Shown in pieces: positions 61,163 to 64,000 of a stretch of DNA of 64,000 bases. The stretch is from Pseudomonadota bacterium. GTDB lineage: Bacteria; Pseudomonadota; Gammaproteobacteria; Steroidobacterales; Woeseiaceae. Every line of letters starts with the position of its first letter. Within the stretch, counting starts at the first letter, position 1. A model generated the notes under the pieces. That model was not told the origin of the DNA. It saw only the letters and a program-made list of their open reading frames with translations, and did no database searches. The stretch lies in the NCBI GenBank assembly GCA_039030375.1, contig JBCCEH010000007.1:42607-106606 (forward strand). Direction: 5' to 3'. A program made the position numbers and the translations under genes.

Positions 61163-61453
61163 ATGACCACTTTTGTTGCAACACTTGTTGTCAATCCGGA
61201 CAAGCATGACGAGTTTGAGCGCCTGCAAACCGAATTGTCACAACTCGCGCACGAGCAGGAAACGGATATGTTTGTGTACGATGTGATTAAGCATCGAGAG
61301 AAGGACAATACGTATGTGGTGTATGCGCGCTTTAAGGACGAAGATGCGTTCAATCATCATATGGGCATCGATTTTCACGATCGGTTGGTGCCGCCGATTC
61401 TGGAATGTCTCGACGAAGAAATGCAGCTCGAGTTTTTCGACCACATCGCCTAA
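61163..61453 (+). CDS. ABM domain protein (second copy)
   Basis: 96 aa, same length and pattern as 59201-59491. Confidence 0.7.
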   Translation: MTTFVATLVVNPDKHDEFERLQTELSQLAHEQETDMFVYDVIKHREKDNTYVVYARFKDEDAFNHHMGIDFHDRLVPPILECLDEEMQLEFFDHIA

Positions 61454-61588
61454 CGACCACAACAACGGGTAACGAGCTTCATCCATTTGCTCAAAAACCG
61501 AACCCGATCCGTCCCTATGGGTTAGGCGACTTTCGACCAGCCAATCCACTAGACTCGATTACTGGTTTTTCAGTGGTGAGTCACGCGC

Positions 61589-63250
61589 ATGACCTTTACT
61601 CGGTTTTTAGCCTTCGCGGCGCTGTCACTGGCTGCCACAGCGTCGGCACAGGACACCACCCACGACGTCATCATCGTCGGTGCGGGTAGCGCTGGCCTCT
61701 ATGCCGCCCGCACCCTCATTGCAGATGGTTACGACGTCCTCATCATCGAAGCAACAGATCGCATTGGTGGTCGCGTGTATAGCGCAACACTGGGTGGCAC
61801 TCGTGTTGATCTGGGGGCTGAAGAACACTATCTCGCGGACGGTAATAACCCGGTATGGCCCGCGATCCGAGAGGAATTCGGCAACGACATTTATGTATCC
61901 GCCTACCTAGGCGGCACGGCGTACTCAATGGACGGCGGCACGACTACCTGCTGGGACCTTGGCTCAGCAACGCGGAACTGTGCTGATGATGCCGATACTG
62001 TGGTGTATGACGGATTCGGCGGTTGGGCAGCGACGATCAACCAACATCAGGATCCCACCACCTCGCTAGCGGAAGATGTCTTTGCTGAATACGGCGTGCA
62101 AGAGGGTGACCGCTCTTATCATCTCTACGACGCTGGCTATGCCGGCGGAATATGGGCCACTTCGTTGCAGAACCTCGGCGCACGAAGCCTGGCACTTCAA
62201 GACAATCAATGGACGTTATCGAATGGAGTTCGTGTTCTGAATGACCCGAGCCTTGGTTACTCTGATGCGCTCGAAATGGTCTGGTGGAACGACGTCGTCG
62301 CGAACAGCGATCTGTTACTGAGCCGCCCGGTTACCCGCATCGATACCAGCGGCGACGACGTCACCGTTACCGATACCAGCGGTGACCGACACGCCGCTCG
62401 CCAAGTGATCGTCACTGTGTCCATAGGCGTACTACAGTCAGAGATGATCAATTTCGTGCCAGACCTGCCCACCTCCACGGTGGATGCCTATAGCAACATC
62501 GGTATCGATAAAGGCATGAAAGTGCCGATTCGATTCACGAATCCTTGGTGGGAGACCGAGGGCCAACCACTGGCTTGGCTGGTAACGGAAGGCGTTGCCG
62601 GTGCCTGCTGGGTGCCGTCGGACTACAAAGTGGGAAGCAGCGATAACATCTTGCTGTGCTACCCGATGGGCAACAATGCGCAAGCACTGGATGACATCGC
62701 CATCGCTGCCGGCGGTGGCAGTGCGGGAGACTCCGCGATCATTGACGCCGTGCTTGCCGATCTGGATAGCGTATTTCCGGTTGCCGCAGGCGCTGCGAGT
62801 GCGAATTTCATTGACGGAATCGTGCAAAACTGGGGCGCACACCCGTACACCTTAGGCGCCTATTCCTACCCATCCGTCAGTACCTACACGTCCGGCAATG
62901 ATAGTCGGCGGTTGGATTTACGGGCTCCTGTCGCCAATAACCGAATCTATTTCGCCGGCGAGGCGACCAATCATCAAAACCCGTCCACCGTAGTCGGCGC
63001 TTTGCAAGAAGGCGAACGCGCCGCCACCGAAGTTGCCGCCATCAACGGCAACCCCAATAACCCGCCACCGCTACCCGGCACGGGTGGCGGCGGCGGTAAT
63101 CCCGGCGCAGGTGGCGGTGGTGGCGGCAATTCCGGCGGAGGTGGCGGCGGTGCCACATCGATCGTATGGCTTGCCCTGCTCTCCTTAGTACTGAACTACC
63201 GTCGCCGACAACATTCCTCGTTAACTACGGCTTGCGAAACAAAAAAGTAA
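61589..63250 (+). CDS. secreted FAD-dependent amine oxidase with a Gly-rich tail + TM + RRR C-terminal sorting-type signal
   Basis: Signal peptide. FAD site VIIVGAGSAGLYAA and ..YFAGEAT.. C-terminus is GGGGGGATSIVWLALLSLVLNYRRRQ. Confidence 0.85.
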   Translation: MTFTRFLAFAALSLAATASAQDTTHDVIIVGAGSAGLYAARTLIADGYDVLIIEATDRIGGRVYSATLGGTRVDLGAEEHYLADGNNPVWPAIREEFGNDIYVSAYLGGTAYSMDGGTTTCWDLGSATRNCADDADTVVYDGFGGWAATINQHQDPTTSLAEDVFAEYGVQEGDRSYHLYDAGYAGGIWATSLQNLGARSLALQDNQWTLSNGVRVLNDPSLGYSDALEMVWWNDVVANSDLLLSRPVTRIDTSGDDVTVTDTSGDRHAARQVIVTVSIGVLQSEMINFVPDLPTSTVDAYSNIGIDKGMKVPIRFTNPWWETEGQPLAWLVTEGVAGACWVPSDYKVGSSDNILLCYPMGNNAQALDDIAIAAGGGSAGDSAIIDAVLADLDSVFPVAAGAASANFIDGIVQNWGAHPYTLGAYSYPSVSTYTSGNDSRRLDLRAPVANNRIYFAGEATNHQNPSTVVGALQEGERAATEVAAINGNPNNPPPLPGTGGGGGNPGAGGGGGGNSGGGGGGATSIVWLALLSLVLNYRRRQHSSLTTACETKK

Positions 63251-63965
63251 ACCGATCCGTATTACCCGAAACGGCTCGCCGCCCGACTTCATATTCAAGC
63301 TCGTCGTCGGCGCGAAAATGTAAGTCCGTGTAGTCAACAAACTCGAAACCCGCATCTAACACCTCTTTGATTACCAGCACCGGGTCGATACGACGACGAT
63401 TCTCATGATTGTCACGCTCCATGTGACGGCGCGTGTGGTCGACGATGCCGTAGAGTCCACCGCTCTTCAGCACGTTAAAAGACTCTTGATGCATCAGGCG
63501 GCGACCCTCTTCAGCAAAGTTGTGCACGTTCCGAAACGTCAACACCATATCGAGATCGCTGATACCGAACTCGAATTCATCCATGACGTACAGCGGCGCA
63601 CCTTCTGGACGATGGATGTTGGCATCGATCGACAACACCTCAACGTTCTCAAAACCCGGTAGCGGCAGCACGTTTGCTTCTACGCGGCCGGTACCCAGCG
63701 CAACGTAGAGTTGACCGTTTTCGGCCAGCACCGGTCCGAGCACACGGGTATACCAACCGCCACCTGGAAACAGCTCCAGTACGCGCATATCGTCTTCCAT
63801 ACCGAAGAACTTCAGCGTCTCCAGCGGTCTGCGATTGGCATCTCTGGCGACGTCGCCAAGTGGCCGACCTTCGGCCGCTAGTGCCGCCTCTACCTTGCTG
63901 TCAATTTCACCCGCCTGTGCGGCAAAACCCAAAAATACGATGCAAACCAACCAAAATCGTTTCAC
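63225..63965 (-). CDS. class I SAM-dependent methyltransferase with signal peptide
   Basis: 246 aa. ..VLELFPGGGWYT.. SAM motif. Confidence 0.75.
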   Translation of the reverse strand: MKRFWLVCIVFLGFAAQAGEIDSKVEAALAAEGRPLGDVARDANRRPLETLKFFGMEDDMRVLELFPGGGWYTRVLGPVLAENGQLYVALGTGRVEANVLPLPGFENVEVLSIDANIHRPEGAPLYVMDEFEFGISDLDMVLTFRNVHNFAEEGRRLMHQESFNVLKSGGLYGIVDHTRRHMERDNHENRRRIDPVLVIKEVLDAGFEFVDYTDLHFRADDELEYEVGRRAVSGNTDRFTFLFRKP

Positions 63966-64000
63966 GTTGCGACTCCTATCACCAAGCTGAAATTCTGTTG

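Noticed and set aside
230-63708. Numerous antisense or out-of-frame ORFs nested in large genes (for example 2344-2883, 4690-5205, 16034-16498, 17363-17881, 30963-31871, 38082-38774, 50982-51590, 52585-53376).
   Set aside because: They lie entirely inside stronger ORFs with recognisable domains, and they show the Arg/Ala/Pro-rich composition expected from the opposite strand of GC-rich coding DNA.

Overview
This 64-kb window looks like a marine gammaproteobacterial chromosome and is mostly catabolic operons. From left to right: a fatty-acid/acyl-CoA block (1-8.2 kb); azurin, peroxiredoxin and an agmatine-to-putrescine set, aguB-MFS-aguA (8.8-16.6 kb); a LacI-controlled TonB-dependent sugar-type locus (26.5-37.6 kb); an acoABC-like 2-oxoacid dehydrogenase with a cytochrome-c/PQQ-like lipoprotein (37.8-42.8 kb); and a large Rieske-oxygenase / CoA-thioester degradation cluster (42.8-61.5 kb) whose promoters share a palindromic operator-like motif. 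The outlier is 16.6-25.4 kb, which is transcribed entirely on the minus strand. It holds about 20 cloverleaf tRNA genes, most with encoded CCA and often only 0-7 nt apart. These are interleaved with at least 8 longer RNAs that are not tRNAs but end in an acceptor stem plus N-CCA. One family of 5-6 copies has a conserved CACTAAAGATC core and a covarying 7-bp helix. The region also contains two ORF-free segments of 325 and 475 nt, 73-bp tandem repeats, an SPFH protein gene and a 74-aa ORF. It ends in an HNH-nuclease gene translationally adjacent to a long-form RNA ligase gene, rtcB. I read this as a candidate tRNA supply-and-repair or RNA-processing island with a new class of tRNA-like RNAs. All calls come from reading the sequence and the ORF translations by eye. 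No database search or covariance model was run.
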